Below, piece after piece: positions 49,320-59,798 of a stretch of DNA of 64,000 bases; within the stretch, counting starts at the first letter, position 1; the number at the start of each line of letters is the position of its first letter. Below the pieces are notes generated by a model, which was not told the origin of the DNA, ran no database searches, and saw only the letters and a list, made by a program, of their open reading frames with translations. This stretch comes from a bacterium BMS3Abin11 (GTDB lineage: Bacteria; Pseudomonadota; Gammaproteobacteria; BMS3Bbin11). The translations under genes and the position numbers were made by a program. Location: assembly GCA_002897635.1 (NCBI GenBank), contig BDTD01000006.1:6152-70151 (forward strand). Direction: 5' to 3'.

Positions 49320-49870
49320 GGTGTTTCAGGATTTTCAGTAATTGCATTTTGCGAAATACTGTCAGTTTTAGCTGTACGCATTTTTAGCCTTTTTGTTTTT
49401 ACTCGGGCTACGGCAGCCTGGATTTCTTTTTTTCTGTCAGAGCTTGTGGCTGTCATCTTTGCCCTGGCGGCATGTTGCGCCTTTTTCTCTGTTTTTATCC
49501 GTTCAAGTCTTTCTATTCTTGCTTCGGTGCGTAGGCGTACACGATCAGCCTTACTGCTTGTCTGCTCTTTTTCCCATATTTCTGGTTTGCCGATGTCAGG
49601 TTTTACAGGACGCATATCAATACAATCCACCGGGCAGGGTGGCAGGCAAAGTTCACAGCCTGTGCATTCTTCTTCGATGACGGTGTGCATCTGTTTCGCT
49701 GCACCGACAATGGCGTCAACAGGGCAGGCCTGAATACATTTTGTGCACCCAATACAATATTCTTCAATTATCACCGCTAAAGCTGCTACATGCATGGCTG
49801 GCATGCTCAACGGGATAATGGCAGCGACATATCCGCGGCATCCAGGCGATCGCGCTTCGCAGCGAACCAA
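49316..49870 (-). CDS. RnfB-related 4Fe-4S dicluster ferredoxin with Lys/Ala-rich tail (start uncertain, TTG)
   Basis: Carries [16 protein letters not shown] and [16 protein letters not shown]. The N-terminal segment looks shortened compared with canonical RnfB. Confidence 0.65.
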   Translation of the reverse strand: MVRCEARSPGCRGYVAAIIPLSMPAMHVAALAVIIEEYCIGCTKCIQACPVDAIVGAAKQMHTVIEEECTGCELCLPPCPVDCIDMRPVKPDIGKPEIWEKEQTSSKADRVRLRTEARIERLERIKTEKKAQHAARAKMTATSSDRKKEIQAAVARVKTKRLKMRTAKTDSISQNAITENPETP

Positions 49871-49916
49871 AATAGCGCGTATTCTTTCATATCATTATAT
49901 CTTTCAGCTGGTTTGT

Positions 49917-51983
49917 TTATTTCACCCGCATTCCCGGTTTTGCTCCTTCATCAGGACCCAGAATAAACAGGTCACTGCCACCGGGTCCAGCAGCCAGTAC
50001 CATGCCTTCCGAGAGTCCAAAACGCATCTTACGTGGAGCAAGATTAGCCACCATCACCGTTAGCCGGCCTTCAAGATCCTCCGGCCTGTAGGCGGACTTG
50101 ATACCGGCAAAAACGCTGCGGGTTTCACCACCGATATCCAGCGTAAGCTGCAGCAGTTTGTCAGCACCTTCTACATGTTGGGCTTTAACTATTTTCGCAA
50201 TGCGAAGATCCAGTTTAACGAAGTCATCAAAACTAACTTCATCACGAATAGGATCAGCTGACAGAGGATTCTTCGTATCTATATCCGTTTCGGCTTCAGT
50301 CATGGTTTTCCCTTCTGATTTATTGTCTGTTTCAAGTGCGGCGGTTGATTCTTCAACAATGGCCTCAATGGCTGCGGTCTCGATGCGCGTCATCAAGGGT
50401 TTGAAACGGTTGATACTGTGTGATGTCAGGACTTGTTGGCTGTCCTGCCATGTTAAGGCGGAGACATTCAGGAAGGTCTCAGCTGATGTGGCCATGGCGG
50501 GTAGCACGGGTTTTAGATAAATGATCAGTATGCGGAATAAATTCAGCCCCATACTACAGACATCCTGCACATCCCGTTCGCGGCCTTTTTCTTTAGCGAG
50601 CACCCAGGGTTTGTTTTCATCGATGTACTGATTGGCCATGTCTGCCAATGCCATAATCTCGCGAATGGCGCGGCCAAATTCACGTGCTTCGTATAATAAG
50701 GCAATGTTGTTACTGGCTTCAGCAAACTGCTGCAGTAATTCGGGCTTATGGATTTCAGCAGACAGTTCGCCGGCAAATTTCTTACTGATAAAGCCGGCAC
50801 AGCGGCTGGCTATATTGACCACCTTGCCGACCAGATCAGAGTTGACCCGTGCCTGAAAGTCTTCCAGGTTCAAATCGACATCCTCTACACCGGCACCCAA
50901 TTTTGCCGCATAGTAGTAGCGCAGATATTCAGGACGGAGATGATTCAGAAAGGTGCGAGCCATAATAAATGTGCCGCGCGATTTCGACATCTTGTTGCCA
51001 TTGACGGTCAGGAAGCCGTGGACAAATACGTTGGTCGGCTTACGGTAGCCCGCTCCCTCCAGTATGGCAGGCCAGAACAGGCAGTGGAAATTGGTGATGT
51101 CCTTGCCGATAAAATGGTATAGCTCAGTAGTCGAATCGACTTGCCAGAAATGATCGAAATCCAGTTCCGTTTTGTCACACAGGTTTTTGAAGCTGGCCAT
51201 ATAGCCGACCGGGGCATCCAGCCAGACATAAAAATATTTACCGGGCGCATCCGGGATCTCAAAGCCGAAATAGGGCGCATCACGCGAAATATCCCAATCC
51301 TGCAGCCCCTGTTCCAGCCATTCATCAAGCTTGTTGGCAACGGAATCCTGCAGGTGGCCGGCATGGATCCAGTCTTTCAACAGGTTGCTAAAATCACTCA
51401 GCTTGAAGAATAGATGTTCGGATTCTTTCTCAATGGGAGTGGCACCGGAAATAGCTGAGACAGCATTGACCAGTTCAGTTGGCGAATAGGTTGCACCACA
51501 GACCTCACAATTGTCGCCATACTGATCTTTTGCCCCGCAGCGCGGGCATTCACCCCTGATAAAGCGATCCGGCAGAAACATCTCTTTTTCCGGATCATAG
51601 GCCTGGGTAATCGTACGTCGGTCGATGTATCCGCCTTCTTTCAGCTTGCTGTAAATGGCGGTGGATAATTCACGATTTTCATCGGAATGCGTGGTGTAGA
51701 AATTATCAAACTCGATCAGGAAATCAGCAAAGTCCTGGTCATGCTCTTTATGCACCTGAGAAATGAGCTCTTCCGGTGATAGTCCATCGGCCTGGGCGCG
51801 TAGCATGATCGGCGTGCCATGGGCGTCACTGGCGCAAATATAGATACATTGATGCCCACGCATTTTTTGAAAACGTACCCATATATCAGTTTGTAAATAC
51901 TCAACCAGATGGCCAAGGTGGATCGGTCCATTGGCATAGGGCAGGGCGCTGGTGACGAGGATTTGACGCTGTGATGAAGGCAT
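49917..51983 (-). CDS. metG: Methionyl-tRNA synthetase
   Basis: Carries the HIGH region [14 protein letters not shown], the zinc knuckle CPRCGA...CEVCG, KMSKS, and a C-terminal tRNA-binding domain. Confidence 0.97.
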   Translation of the reverse strand: MPSSQRQILVTSALPYANGPIHLGHLVEYLQTDIWVRFQKMRGHQCIYICASDAHGTPIMLRAQADGLSPEELISQVHKEHDQDFADFLIEFDNFYTTHSDENRELSTAIYSKLKEGGYIDRRTITQAYDPEKEMFLPDRFIRGECPRCGAKDQYGDNCEVCGATYSPTELVNAVSAISGATPIEKESEHLFFKLSDFSNLLKDWIHAGHLQDSVANKLDEWLEQGLQDWDISRDAPYFGFEIPDAPGKYFYVWLDAPVGYMASFKNLCDKTELDFDHFWQVDSTTELYHFIGKDITNFHCLFWPAILEGAGYRKPTNVFVHGFLTVNGNKMSKSRGTFIMARTFLNHLRPEYLRYYYAAKLGAGVEDVDLNLEDFQARVNSDLVGKVVNIASRCAGFISKKFAGELSAEIHKPELLQQFAEASNNIALLYEAREFGRAIREIMALADMANQYIDENKPWVLAKEKGRERDVQDVCSMGLNLFRILIIYLKPVLPAMATSAETFLNVSALTWQDSQQVLTSHSINRFKPLMTRIETAAIEAIVEESTAALETDNKSEGKTMTEAETDIDTKNPLSADPIRDEVSFDDFVKLDLRIAKIVKAQHVEGADKLLQLTLDIGGETRSVFAGIKSAYRPEDLEGRLTVMVANLAPRKMRFGLSEGMVLAAGPGGSDLFILGPDEGAKPGMRVK

Positions 51984-52065
51984 AATCTATTCAGTTGGTT
52001 TTGCGATATCTATAAGGAGCGGAAAGGTAACAATTTTGGGCGTTTTATACCAGTTTTGTAATTCT

Positions 52066-52158
52066 AAAGTTCCAAGATCCAAGCACCAGGTTCCAAGTTC
52101 GAGGCTTCAAATTTGGAATTTCAGGCTTGGAACCTGGATATTTAGACTTGGAACTTTT
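52066..52158. repeat. Heptamer-repeat palindrome of the GTTCCAA type
   Basis: aagttccaagatccaagcaccaggttccaag faces cttggaacctggatatttagacttggaactt. It uses the same heptamer as 45252-45450. Confidence 0.75.
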
Positions 52159-52163
52159 CCCCT

Positions 52164-52328
52164 CTACCCCAACAATATAATAATAACCCCATACCGCTTA
52201 ATCCAATCGTACAAACTCTTTGTCGCCGTTCCTAATTTCTCGGCTACATCTGACACCGAATAGCCTCGATCGGTAACCTGTTTGACAGCTTCAACCTTGA
52301 ACTCCTCTGTAAAACGCTTCCCACTCAT
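52164..52328 (-). pseudogene. Relic of an IS3-family transposase OrfA (HTH part only)
   Basis: The minus strand encodes MSGKRFTEEFKVEAVKQVTDRGYSVSDVAEKLGTATKSLYDWIKRYG, then ends at the heptamer palindrome. No OrfB follows. Confidence 0.6.
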
Positions 52329-52474
52329 AACAACCTCCTGTAAGCTTTATATTAACGCTTCGAGGTGTCTACAGATACGGGGGCGATTCAGTTCAGATGG
52401 GTAGGTACCTATCAAAAACTCTAGAAAATAGCTTTAATTATTAATAAAGCTACCTTTTACACAATACTTTGGTA

Positions 52475-53116
52475 TCAGTTAACCAAACCAGATTTTTTCA
52501 AATCTTTCAGGATGATACTTGATAACTCATTTATTACTTTCTGAAAAGAACCAGGGTTAAAAGATTCTGTGTCTGCTGCCCAGACTAATTTCTCGGTACT
52601 TACTGCAAATAACCTGGTTTCAATTTTTATTATTGTATCTGTTGTCGTATATGCAGACTGATACACTGGCGTATACATATTCCGGTATGATCTTCCATAA
52701 TAATCATAAAAACCATTGTAGGCGCCATATCCCATGGTTGGTACCCAATCAACAGAAGCAGGCACACGGCGTTCTTTCTTATCAATAGCTGTTAAGCTGG
52801 CTATAAGCACTGAATCTGCATTTGCTTTTTTGACAAATGGTAATAATTTCGCTTTATCATCAATATTTTCGATATTAGGCATAAGTGTATAACTGGAGAT
52901 TCCTACTACATTTCCCCTGGTGATATTTTGAGAGAATTTATCTTCGAAAGCACGTCTTTTTATATCATCCTTTAACATTCCAATCACAAGGATTCTCTGG
53001 AACTTCGGTCCCTTATATGCAGGATCACTCCAATGATTAACAAATTCTGTCGTTGTACATCCGGAGAATAATATTGTGGTGAATAGAAGCACAAACAGTC
53101 TAGCTACAATGCGCAT
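52475..53116 (-). CDS. Lipoprotein of unknown function
   Basis: Lipobox LFTTILFSGC. No catalytic motif recognised. Confidence 0.6.
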   Translation of the reverse strand: MRIVARLFVLLFTTILFSGCTTTEFVNHWSDPAYKGPKFQRILVIGMLKDDIKRRAFEDKFSQNITRGNVVGISSYTLMPNIENIDDKAKLLPFVKKANADSVLIASLTAIDKKERRVPASVDWVPTMGYGAYNGFYDYYGRSYRNMYTPVYQSAYTTTDTIIKIETRLFAVSTEKLVWAADTESFNPGSFQKVINELSSIILKDLKKSGLVN

Positions 53117-53187
53117 AAATAATCTCTCATGAAATTTATTATCGGGTGAGTTTGGAAACTATATTTAATAATCATACAGAGTATAAA

Positions 53188-53354
53188 CTAGGGAACCTCT
53201 GATCAATTTATGAACTCGTATCTTACGCCTAAAATATCCAGTTTTTTCGTTGCAAACCTTCGCAATAGCTAGCTATTACGTGCGATTTACGCCTCAAACC
53301 TGAATATTTTAGATCGCAATCTACTTCGTCCAGAATTAATCAGAGGTTCCCTAG
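53188..53354. mobile_element. MITE, intact copy with CTAG target duplication
   Basis: CTAG-GGAACCTCTGAT...ATCAGAGGTTCC-CTAG. The core is CGCAATAGCTAGCTATTACG. Confidence 0.85.
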
Positions 53355-53485
53355 TATGTTGAAGGTCGATTGAACATGATAATAATGCTTAATTAACTTC
53401 AAATAGTTAGAAATTCCCATATATATTAACACATACTTTTTGCAAGTATATTTAAATATTTTGTGATATTTTTTGAGTATTTTGA

Positions 53486-54436
53486 TCAACATTTTTTCCA
53501 GTACTGGATTATTGTTGCGCCCTTATTTGTTTTGGAAGTCAATAAGTACTCGAAAAGAGCAAGAGGAAATACAAGCCCTGCAATCGGTAGCCATAGAAAA
53601 AGTTTCCACTTTTGCTGTTGAGCACTACTATGCATTAATTTATAGAGCCTGTTCGGCTTCCCAGGAAAGAACCGATTAAGAGCGCTCTGTAGGAACCCAA
53701 ATATATTTTGCTCAAAAGATCGGTCGCTTTGCTCCAAAAGTTCCAGCTCAAACTCGCTGCAAATTGTTATAAGATTTTCTGGAGTGAAATGCCAGAAGTG
53801 TCTAGGTATATCAAGGTGAAACCAGTTTGCCCCAAACCAGCGCGCCTGTCGACTGGCAAAATTTGGTGTTGCCAGGGCAAGAACTGCGCCTGTTTTCATC
53901 AGACCTACGGCCTGTTGTAGCGTCTTCTTTGGCTCAGGTAAATGTTCAAGAACATGCCATATCACTACTAAATTAAAGCTGTTCGTTGGAAGTAGCTGGT
54001 TAGATAAATTACCAAGGTGGTAGCTATTGCCATGATGGTGTACAGGAACAGGAAAATCATGCCGCTCAAGGCCATGACAATCGCAGTTTCTTTTGGCAAG
54101 CTCATCCAGCAGAACGCCTCGTCCACAACCTATATCTAACACACGGAAGTTATTTTCAGCACTGTCATTTAGAAAGTGCAATAAATATTTTGCTCGATTG
54201 CGGGCACCTGTACGAGTCAGGTATTCAAGCCAGGGATGAAACTTGTTTTTCCTGTTACCGTAGTACGAATTTGTATAATACCTTGACAGCAGATTATCAG
54301 GTACATGCGGGTTGGTTCGAACTAAGCCACATCTACAGCATCGTAAAAGCCTGAACGTGGCAATGCCATTATCAAAGTCTTTTGCGTTGTAGAGAAAATC
54401 TGCAGAAGATGTCTCACAAATTGGACAGTTTTTCAC
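53486..54436 (-). CDS. Class I SAM-dependent methyltransferase with N-terminal Cys4 zinc-ribbon
   Basis: Carries CPICE...CCRCG, motif I VLDIGCGRGVLL, and WHVLEHLPEP. Confidence 0.8.
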   Translation of the reverse strand: MKNCPICETSSADFLYNAKDFDNGIATFRLLRCCRCGLVRTNPHVPDNLLSRYYTNSYYGNRKNKFHPWLEYLTRTGARNRAKYLLHFLNDSAENNFRVLDIGCGRGVLLDELAKRNCDCHGLERHDFPVPVHHHGNSYHLGNLSNQLLPTNSFNLVVIWHVLEHLPEPKKTLQQAVGLMKTGAVLALATPNFASRQARWFGANWFHLDIPRHFWHFTPENLITICSEFELELLEQSDRSFEQNIFGFLQSALNRFFPGKPNRLYKLMHSSAQQQKWKLFLWLPIAGLVFPLALFEYLLTSKTNKGATIIQYWKKC

Positions 54437-54522
54437 ATAAAAACCGTATCGTTCATTCTTAGTAGATTGTCAGTATATCTGGTAAAGGGTCTGTGTCTGG
54501 GTGAAATAAGTTGCACAAGGTA

Positions 54523-55422
54523 TTATATAATATGGCAGGTGAAGCATAACTTACTACCTGTATTTCTTACTCGCAAGAAAGAAGGATTAAACTTACCCGG
54601 GACATTAAATGGGGTAACCCCATGCGGGTCATGACAGCTTGCACATTCAACTTCTGGGCCTTCCCCAGTGTCATACATCCTGATTTCATAGCTATCCGCA
54701 CGTCGATTTCCGTCAGTATCAAAAAAACTCATTGATTCTGTGAAGCCGGTTGGAATTTTGAATTCAGTTCCCAGCCTGGTGGTAGGATAGCGAACGCCAA
54801 TAGGATGGTCATCACGCAGGTCTGTACCGATAGCAAATACGGTGAAATCTGTTGCACCATTGCCTGAGGGGCCACTGCCACGGTCATGGCAGGACAGGCA
54901 ACTCGATGAATCATTTAAAGCATTAAGGCGGTAATGGCGAGTAGTAGGTATCGCTTTCCCACTAGGCCAGGCATTGAGGAAGCTGTTGTCTTCGGTAATG
55001 ACTTGATTGACTGAGTAGTTACCATCTCCTGGCATATTTATTATCGAGTCCATTGCAAGTGTCCCATCATGACAGGAAAGACAGGTTAGAGAATTTACGC
55101 CAGGTTGCGTTACAGTGCCTTGCAGTGTTGCAGTATTGAGCTGGCCGTAAGTAGTGTATACGACCCCGTTTGCAGTTCGATTCCACAAGGGAGCTTCAAG
55201 TACTTTGCTTGTGCCATGAGGTGTGTGGCAGTAAACACAAATCTCACCATAATCATTGCGAACCTGGTCCATGATAACGTTGCCAGCTATACGACTCATG
55301 CTTAAATTGTGGCGAGTATTCGCGATACCGTCACGTTTTGTGTATTTAGTAGGTACATCGGTATCCGCACTAGCTATGTGCCAGATCATTGAGAAAACAA
55401 CAGCTAGCGCTACTTTATGCAC
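54523..55422 (-). CDS. Secreted pentahaem c-type cytochrome
   Basis: Signal peptide, then five CxxCH motifs: CVYCH, CLSCH, CLSCH, CASCH and CFTCH. CxxCHxPHG contexts are typical of multihaem families. Confidence 0.85.
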   Translation of the reverse strand: MHKVALAVVFSMIWHIASADTDVPTKYTKRDGIANTRHNLSMSRIAGNVIMDQVRNDYGEICVYCHTPHGTSKVLEAPLWNRTANGVVYTTYGQLNTATLQGTVTQPGVNSLTCLSCHDGTLAMDSIINMPGDGNYSVNQVITEDNSFLNAWPSGKAIPTTRHYRLNALNDSSSCLSCHDRGSGPSGNGATDFTVFAIGTDLRDDHPIGVRYPTTRLGTEFKIPTGFTESMSFFDTDGNRRADSYEIRMYDTGEGPEVECASCHDPHGVTPFNVPGKFNPSFLRVRNTGSKLCFTCHII

Positions 55423-55519
55423 TGAGTAACCTTTGTAAGAAGATGTACAAAATTTATAAATATATAATTTAAGTGTTCGACTAATATGTGACAGTAATCA
55501 TAATTAATGTACAGCAATA

Positions 55520-57634
55520 TCATTTGCTGCTATCTCGAAATATACTGTTAAAAATCAGTTGGTACCGCTCTGATACGTCGTCTGGAGCATTATCTATTCC
55601 TCGCTGTATTAATCTTTCAGCCTCATCCAGCATACCCAGACGGTAGTAGAGACGCACCAGGTTTATTCTTGCATTAAAGTTATCTCTTCCAGTACTAAGG
55701 GTTTTCTGATAGGTGGTTATTGCTTTCGCGTAATTCTCCTGCTGTGAATAAATTAGAGCAATATGATTTAATACATTTCCATCATCAGGTCTTATGGCAT
55801 TCGCCTGAAGGAATGCCTGTAATGCTGATGCAATATCCCCATTTTTCAAGTTTGCAAGACCTAGATTATACAGAATTCCAAAGCTGTCTGGTTGAAGTTG
55901 ATCAGCTTTTGTTAGTAATTTTATTGCTAACTGATATTCGCCAGTACGTAGCAAATACAGGCCAAACTCGCCCTGAGCTACTACGTTATCAGGGAATTTA
56001 GCTGAATTATCATATAAATGCTTTCTTTTGGAAGAAAGTACTTCTCGCAGCATGGACACTCTATTTTTAATTTTATCTTCATAGAACAGGCTACTCCATT
56101 TTAATCGGTAATCATCAATTTTTAGATAGTATGAGATCGCTGCCATATATTGATCTAATTGTTCATAAGTGCTGGCAATATTAAAAAATACGTGCCCTTG
56201 AACAAGATCAGCTTTGATGCTTACCAGTTTTTCAGCACGCAGAAAGTGCTTAAGTGCCTGGGTATGGTTTTTCTTTTGTGCCGCAATCTCACCTGCCAGC
56301 AGCTCACGAAGATAGGTTGGCATTTTTTCAAAGTGAGGTAATTGTGACACGTCATCATAATTCCTGTCTGACATCAGGCTGGTAAAGTATTGATATTCAG
56401 TGAGTGCCGGATTTACTTTATATGCCGATTCCCAGAGGCTTTGGTCAGATCTCCAGTCGTTACCGCGCACAATAACTGTGATTAGCCAGGTGCATAAAAG
56501 TAATGCTATAAAATATCGGAGGATTACTGATTTAGATGTAAAGGTAAAAAAGGATGATGCTGTTAATGCAAGTCCAAATAGAGCAGGGAATATATAACGT
56601 TCTGCAATCATAGGTGATGTTGGGAATATATTAGACACCGGACCAAGTGCAATAAAAAACCAGCTAAAACCAATAAATGGAAGTATCGATTTTTGACGAA
56701 ATTTCCATAACAATAAAAAGCTGGAAAGGTAAGCAACCAATAGTAGGGTAACTGCCAGTAAACCAGAATAATTTTTTACCAGGGAAGCCTCATCAAGCAC
56801 AATGCTAAGTGGCCATGGAACAACAAAACGGCTTAAATAATAGGCAGGGATGAGAATAACTCGTGCCAGTGAAATTTCTGGATTGAGAATACCCAATCGC
56901 GTCATATCAGGTTGAAGCATACCTTTGTCGGATGCAATTTGCAGATGTAGTAAGATGACAACTGCATTTATAACAAACATGAATGCCAGCAATTTCCACT
57001 GGGTCTTCTTCAGTGCCTTATCACCAGGTAAAGTAAGAAGTATTACCAATAAGGCCAGTGGGAAAAAAACGGCACTGGCTTTAGAGAACAGGGCTAGAGA
57101 AAATGTAAGTAGAGATAATAAATTGCGACCAGAAAGAAACCCTGCTAGTGACAACAACAAAAATAGCATCGCAAGAATATTATTTCTTGCACTTATAAAA
57201 TAAACGGCTTCACTATTCAGTGGATGTAGAGCAAATATTGCAGCCGTCATGAGAGCAAGCTGTTCTGCTCGGCCTGATCCTGCACATTGTGCAAGTTGCC
57301 TGCTTGTCACAAATACTAGCCAAACTGTAATCAGGTAATACAACAGGCTCGAAAGATGAAAACCGAAAGGATTTTTTCCCCAAAGCCAGGCGTCAATGAC
57401 AAGAGAGAAATCTCGTACTGGGAGATATTCAAACTTATTGACAGGAATAGAAACAATTTTGAGCAGGTCTGCACCCCAGTATGCATTTACTGGAAGTAAT
57501 AAAATGTTGTCATCAAAAACAAACCCATTAAGCAGGCCGGGTAAATATGCAAATCCTGTAACAAGCAGGAGAATACCAATTTTCGATGAACTTGATAGAG
57601 TTAGAAGGTGCGTGTTTAATGCTTTTAGAGTCAT
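55520..57634 (-). CDS. GT-C fold glycosyltransferase (PMT/ArnT/TMTC-like membrane domain) fused to C-terminal TPR repeats
   Basis: About 11 TM segments with the first-loop acidic motif NGFVFDDN. The C-terminal ~270 aa are TPR-like (ALKHFLRAEKL, YNLGLANLKNGDIASALQAFLQANAIRPDD and others). Confidence 0.75.
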   Translation of the reverse strand: MTLKALNTHLLTLSSSSKIGILLLVTGFAYLPGLLNGFVFDDNILLLPVNAYWGADLLKIVSIPVNKFEYLPVRDFSLVIDAWLWGKNPFGFHLSSLLYYLITVWLVFVTSRQLAQCAGSGRAEQLALMTAAIFALHPLNSEAVYFISARNNILAMLFLLLSLAGFLSGRNLLSLLTFSLALFSKASAVFFPLALLVILLTLPGDKALKKTQWKLLAFMFVINAVVILLHLQIASDKGMLQPDMTRLGILNPEISLARVILIPAYYLSRFVVPWPLSIVLDEASLVKNYSGLLAVTLLLVAYLSSFLLLWKFRQKSILPFIGFSWFFIALGPVSNIFPTSPMIAERYIFPALFGLALTASSFFTFTSKSVILRYFIALLLCTWLITVIVRGNDWRSDQSLWESAYKVNPALTEYQYFTSLMSDRNYDDVSQLPHFEKMPTYLRELLAGEIAAQKKNHTQALKHFLRAEKLVSIKADLVQGHVFFNIASTYEQLDQYMAAISYYLKIDDYRLKWSSLFYEDKIKNRVSMLREVLSSKRKHLYDNSAKFPDNVVAQGEFGLYLLRTGEYQLAIKLLTKADQLQPDSFGILYNLGLANLKNGDIASALQAFLQANAIRPDDGNVLNHIALIYSQQENYAKAITTYQKTLSTGRDNFNARINLVRLYYRLGMLDEAERLIQRGIDNAPDDVSERYQLIFNSIFRDSSK

Positions 57635-57871
57635 AACTCAAAACAAACAAATAGATTCTTAATTTATAAAACAACTCGCACATATCAATGATAGTTACAG
57701 AGCTTATTGAATAGCTGTAAATTTATGCTTGCATATATGTTTTGAGTTATTATTAAAGATCATGAATTTTCAGCTGTTTATTTCAATGAATAAATACAAA
57801 AATTGAGATACTGACATTGACTGGGTAAAAATATATAAAAATTGCTACACAAATAGATAATACAGGAATCT

Positions 57872-58636
57872 ATGCTTAACGGAAAACACCTGGTTGTAGT
57901 TATGCCGGCCTACAATGCTGCGCAAACCTTGAAGCAGACATGGGATGAGATACCCCACGATTACGTCGATGACGTTATTCTTGTTGATGACTGTTCGGTA
58001 GATACAACGGTGGAAGTTGCTGAAAATCTTGGCATAACAACCATTATACAAGCGGCAAATAGAGGTTATGGGGCAAATCAAAAGCGTTGTTATAAAGAGG
58101 CGCTACGGTTAGGTGCAGATGTCATCATTATGCTCCACCCGGATTATCAATATTCACCTCGTTTGATTCTAACGATGGCAACACTGGTCTTATCCGGGCA
58201 TTACGATGTTGCACTTGGATCCAGAATACTCGGTGGTCATAGTCTGAGCAATGGCATGCCGTTTTATAAATATTTTTCTAACCGTGTACTGACGCTGATC
58301 CAGAATTTATCTCTGGGGGCAAAGTTGTCGGAATATCACACGGGCTACCGCGCCTTTAGTCGTGAAGTTCTGGAGACTTTACCCTTGGAAGAGAATTCTG
58401 ATGATTTTGTGTTTGATAATGAGATGTTATTGCAGTGTCTGTTTTTTAACTTTCAAATTGGTGAAATAAGCTGCCCAACGCGATATTTTCCAACGTCCTC
58501 AAATATTAGTTTTAGACGCTCTGTTAAGTATGGTTTTGGTGTGCTTATCACCACCAGCCGTTATCTAGTTAGTAAATATTTAAATGTTAATGTGGCAATA
58601 TTTAATCAAAATGGTCGTCGGTTAAATAAAGATTAA
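57872..58636 (+). CDS. GT2 family glycosyltransferase (polyprenol-phosphate sugar synthase, DPM1/ArnC-like)
   Basis: Carries VVMPAYNAAQTL, ILVDDCSVDTT and MLHPDYQY. It is divergent from the GT-C/TPR gene. Confidence 0.85.
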   Translation: MLNGKHLVVVMPAYNAAQTLKQTWDEIPHDYVDDVILVDDCSVDTTVEVAENLGITTIIQAANRGYGANQKRCYKEALRLGADVIIMLHPDYQYSPRLILTMATLVLSGHYDVALGSRILGGHSLSNGMPFYKYFSNRVLTLIQNLSLGAKLSEYHTGYRAFSREVLETLPLEENSDDFVFDNEMLLQCLFFNFQIGEISCPTRYFPTSSNISFRRSVKYGFGVLITTSRYLVSKYLNVNVAIFNQNGRRLNKD

Positions 58637-58674
58637 AAACTGCCTAACCTTAAAAGTTGAATTCATGTTATATT

Positions 58675-59745
58675 TTATTTAAAGAAACCATGTTTTACTG
58701 GTCGGAAAACCTCAATTTTCCTGAACAGTTGGTCAATAACATAAATGCGACCCGTTTCATCTACCCATAAACCAGCAATCAGACTGAATTTACCTGGGCC
58801 ATCTACATTTCCCTGCTGCCCAACTGCAAGCATTATATTACCTGTTGAGTTGAATATTTGAACATTATTAAAAAACCCATCGCTAATATATAGATACCCC
58901 TGCTTGTCTATTGCCATTCGACGGGGGCGAGCAAAGTTACCGGCCCGTTTACCTATACTTCCCCAACTACGTATAAAATTACCATCAGAATCGAAAACCT
59001 GAACACGAAAATTGCCCGCATCCAGAACATAAATTGTACCGTCTTCGGCTGTGGTGATGTCAGCAGGTAAATTGAATTCACCCAAATCTTTACCACGATT
59101 CCCAAAAGAAAATAGATATTTCCCCTTCATATTAAACACGACAACACGGTGTTTATTAGAACTAACTCCACCATTGTCTACCACATAAATATGGTCCGAG
59201 TCTGAATCAACAGTGACGGCTACCGGGTGCGAGAGATACGATTTGCCACCGATGTTGCGCTGGAATAAGCCCAGGCTATCGTAAACCTGTACTCTATGAT
59301 TGCCGGTATCTGTAACATACACCATACCCTGATCATCAACAGTGATGCCGGTCGGTTTATTCAGTTTTCCCTTCTTCCGGTAACCGAAATAAAAATAATG
59401 CCGATTGGGGACATCGAGTACATGTACCAGGCTAGACATTGTATCCGTAATATAGAGTCGACCAAAATAGCTTGTGATATCGTAGGGCTTTGTAAATGTA
59501 CCACTGCTTAAATTCTTACCAAAAACAATATCTTGCAACTTTTGTTCGTCAGATATATTTTGTATTTGCATACCCGAATAAAGTGAGACCTCGTGCATAA
59601 ACTTTGCCTTTGCAGGAGGGGGAGGATAGAGTCGATTCCCTCTGCTAGAGGTATCCGGAGTGGCTGTTGTGCAACCGCTTATCTGAAACAGCAGTCCTAG
59701 AGAGATGAAGATTATTTTTATCTTTTTCAATGATAGTATAATCAA
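58675..59745 (-). CDS. NHL-repeat beta-propeller lipoprotein
   Basis: Lipobox LLFQISGC. Six repeats of the type P.GI.VD..G.IYV.D..N.RVQVFD..G. Confidence 0.85.
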   Translation of the reverse strand: MIILSLKKIKIIFISLGLLFQISGCTTATPDTSSRGNRLYPPPPAKAKFMHEVSLYSGMQIQNISDEQKLQDIVFGKNLSSGTFTKPYDITSYFGRLYITDTMSSLVHVLDVPNRHYFYFGYRKKGKLNKPTGITVDDQGMVYVTDTGNHRVQVYDSLGLFQRNIGGKSYLSHPVAVTVDSDSDHIYVVDNGGVSSNKHRVVVFNMKGKYLFSFGNRGKDLGEFNLPADITTAEDGTIYVLDAGNFRVQVFDSDGNFIRSWGSIGKRAGNFARPRRMAIDKQGYLYISDGFFNNVQIFNSTGNIMLAVGQQGNVDGPGKFSLIAGLWVDETGRIYVIDQLFRKIEVFRPVKHGFFK

Positions 59746-59798
59746 GTTGTTTTTAAGGAACGAGCGTTTTGCAGCAACTCATCAATGACGTGGATTAA

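Noticed and set aside
49316-49870. Full-length RnfB (membrane-anchored Rnf complex subunit).
   Set aside because: Only the two 4Fe-4S ferredoxin motifs and a Lys-rich tail are present. The N-terminal Cys cluster region looks shortened and no other rnf genes are adjacent. It is therefore called a stand-alone RnfB-related ferredoxin.
52036-52263. ORF 52036-52263 on the plus strand.
   Set aside because: It is translated from the heptamer palindrome and the antisense of the IS3 relic, and its composition is repetitive (FRLGTWIFRLGT).
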